Part shown: one piece after another, positions 4,301-5,483 of the stretch
Layout of the letters: every line of letters begins with the position of its first letter
Position numbering within the stretch: the first letter of the stretch is position 1
IMG/VR virus record: IMGVR_UViG_3300045988_016400
Coordinates: 1 to 5,483 of that record
Length of the DNA: 5,483 nt
Source of the DNA: a virus
Reading direction: 5' to 3' (one strand)
The notes under the pieces: model-generated
What the model was told of the DNA's origin: nothing
Database searches by the model: none
The model's input: the letters and a program-made list of their open reading frames with translations, nothing else
Program-made: the position numbers and the translations under genes

Positions 4301-5341
4301 GTGAAGACCGATTTGGGCTGCAAATTTCCAATTGTGCAAGACACAATGACAGGCAGATTTTTGAAAGAATACGAAGGACATCTATACTACAAGTGGAACG
4401 ATTTCAATGGAACATCGCCAAAAGCAATCATCACTGACGCACGTTACCGACTCATTCCGTGCGGTAGGTGTACCGAGTGCCGATTAGCATACTCGAGAGA
4501 GTGGGCAAACCGATGCGTTCTCGAGTCGCTCATGTACAAGTCAAACTGGTTCGTAACACTGACCTACAACCCTGAACAGATTCCAACACTAAGGCTTGAC
4601 ACAGGAGAACTGTACAGAGGAGGTGTACAAGAAGTTCAAAATGGCAAAGTGCTGGTGTCTAACACGCTGTTCCATGACGACGTGCAGAAATTCCTCAAAA
4701 GACTGAGATTCCACCTTGCAAAAGCTAGAGAACCAGAAATCCGATACTACATGTGTGGAGAGTATGGCAGCACGACACAACGACCACACTACCACATGAT
4801 CATCTACAATCTGAGCGTGCCGGATCTCGAATTCTACAAGCTCAACGAACTACATCAACCATACTTCCAAAGCAAATGGCTTGAGGACATCTGGGGACAC
4901 GGATTCATAACACTCGGAGAGGTAAACTGGAACACATGTGCTTACGTGGCAAGATACATCATGAAAAAAGTGAAAGGAGATAAAGCAGAAGAATTTTATA
5001 AAAGCATCGGAAAAACACCAGAATATACAAGAATGAGTTTAAAACCAGGAATAGGAGAAAAATACTATGAACTGAATAAAGAACAGATCTATAAATTTGA
5101 TCAAATTATTATCCCAGGAAAACAAGCAAAAAAAGTACAACCGTCAAAATATTTCGACAAGCTGTATGATATAGAAAATCCAGAAAGGATGCAGGAAATC
5201 AAAAAAGCACGTGAAAAAAATGCACGCCTTGCTCAGCAGCTCAAGTTAAGCAAAACCACAAAGGAACTGTGGGAACAGCTTAAAATAGAGCACGAAGCCA
5301 AACAAGACGCTTACAAAAAACTGATAAGACCGCTAGAATAG
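4301..5341 (+). CDS. VP4: Replication initiation protein VP4 (HUH rolling-circle endonuclease, phiX174 A-protein family)
   Basis: The ORF contains a Cys cluster (PCGRCTECR), RCR motif I (FVTLTY, nt 4550-4567), the HUH motif (PHYHMII, with HYH at nt 4787-4795), and a double-tyrosine motif (YVARYIMKK, tyrosines at nt 4943-4945 and 4955-4957) like phiX174 A. The start is uncertain among GTG 4301 (abuts the SD), TTG 4313 and ATG 4346. Confidence 0.95.
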   Translation: MKTDLGCKFPIVQDTMTGRFLKEYEGHLYYKWNDFNGTSPKAIITDARYRLIPCGRCTECRLAYSREWANRCVLESLMYKSNWFVTLTYNPEQIPTLRLDTGELYRGGVQEVQNGKVLVSNTLFHDDVQKFLKRLRFHLAKAREPEIRYYMCGEYGSTTQRPHYHMIIYNLSVPDLEFYKLNELHQPYFQSKWLEDIWGHGFITLGEVNWNTCAYVARYIMKKVKGDKAEEFYKSIGKTPEYTRMSLKPGIGEKYYELNKEQIYKFDQIIIPGKQAKKVQPSKYFDKLYDIENPERMQEIKKAREKNARLAQQLKLSKTTKELWEQLKIEHEAKQDAYKKLIRPLE

Positions 5342-5348
5342 CTGAATA

Positions 5349-5393
5349 AGGGCGCAACACGGAATCTGACCTCCACGTTGCGCCCTGCTTTTC
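5349..5393 (+). terminator. Probable Rho-independent terminator after VP4
   Basis: agggcgcaac (5349-5358) pairs with gttgcgccct (5377-5386), 10 bp, around an 18-nt loop, followed by gc and tttt (5389-5392). The short T tract and large loop lower confidence. Confidence 0.45.
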
Positions 5394-5428
5394 ATCGGCA
5401 CCCAGTGCCGAGCGCAGGGCCTACAGAT

Positions 5429-5483
5429 AAAATAACATAAAGTGATGTATATTTCAAGAAAACAATTGACATACATCAAATAA
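5429..5483. repeat. Terminal direct repeat, the second copy of 1-55 (circular-genome overlap)
   Basis: It is 55/55 identical to 1-55. The TTGACA element at 5466-5471 is therefore the same physical site as 38-43. Confidence 0.95.

Noticed and set aside
48-4795. All minus-strand ORFs in the track (48-347, 163-345, 752-1018, 820-1089, 999-1268, 1201-1383, 1488-1679, 2196-2480, 2384-2677, 2662-2952, 3124-3318, 3225-3476, 3554-3772, 3744-3992, 3806-4033, 4196-4381, 4589-4795)
   Set aside because: Every one lies antisense to a well-supported + strand gene or crosses a terminator or hairpin. Their translations are Cys/Phe/Leu/Arg-rich and look like the complement of A-rich coding sequence. None has a visible SD or promoter. 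Microviridae transcribe only one strand.
1-5483. Search for tRNA, rRNA, CRISPR arrays, transposase or integrase genes, and toxin partners for the RHH proteins
   Set aside because: No cloverleaf-like or spacer-repeat patterns were seen. No ORF has integrase, transposase or toxin-like features. The RHH ORF is followed by the Rep gene rather than a small toxin ORF, so a toxin-antitoxin interpretation is unsupported.

Overview
The window is a complete circular genome of a small ssDNA phage of the family Microviridae, with Gokushovirinae-like gene content and order. Positions 1-55 are identical to 5429-5483, so the unit length is 5428 nt and the window is a circle opened in its largest non-coding region. 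All credible genes lie on the + strand. In order they are: a problematic RHH-like ORF region (148-497), a small basic J/VP8-like peptide (476-595, missing from the ORF track), VP5 (609-887), the VP3 scaffold (850-1356), the VP1 major capsid protein (1353-3107), a terminator, the VP2 pilot protein (3168-4001), a perfect TTGACA-17-TATAAT promoter, an untracked 55-aa ribbon-helix-helix ORF (4052-4219), a 12-bp GC-rich hairpin, the VP4 HUH replication initiator (4301-5341), and a structured non-coding region with terminators. Strong AGGAGG-type Shine-Dalgarno sites and a sigma70/sigmaA-type promoter suggest an SD-using host, perhaps Firmicutes-like; this is inference only. Four features are most unusual. 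First, a promoter-RHH-hairpin-Rep cassette resembles the copG-repB control module of rolling-circle plasmids. Second, a 22-nt element carrying the -35 box is duplicated at two intergenic loci, each with dyad or direct-repeat partners. Third, the coding signal of a gene at 195-497 switches frame twice, each time at a short T run. Fourth, there is a small unit bounded by two terminators in the long non-coding region. No tRNA, rRNA, CRISPR array, transposase, integrase or recognisable lysis gene was seen.
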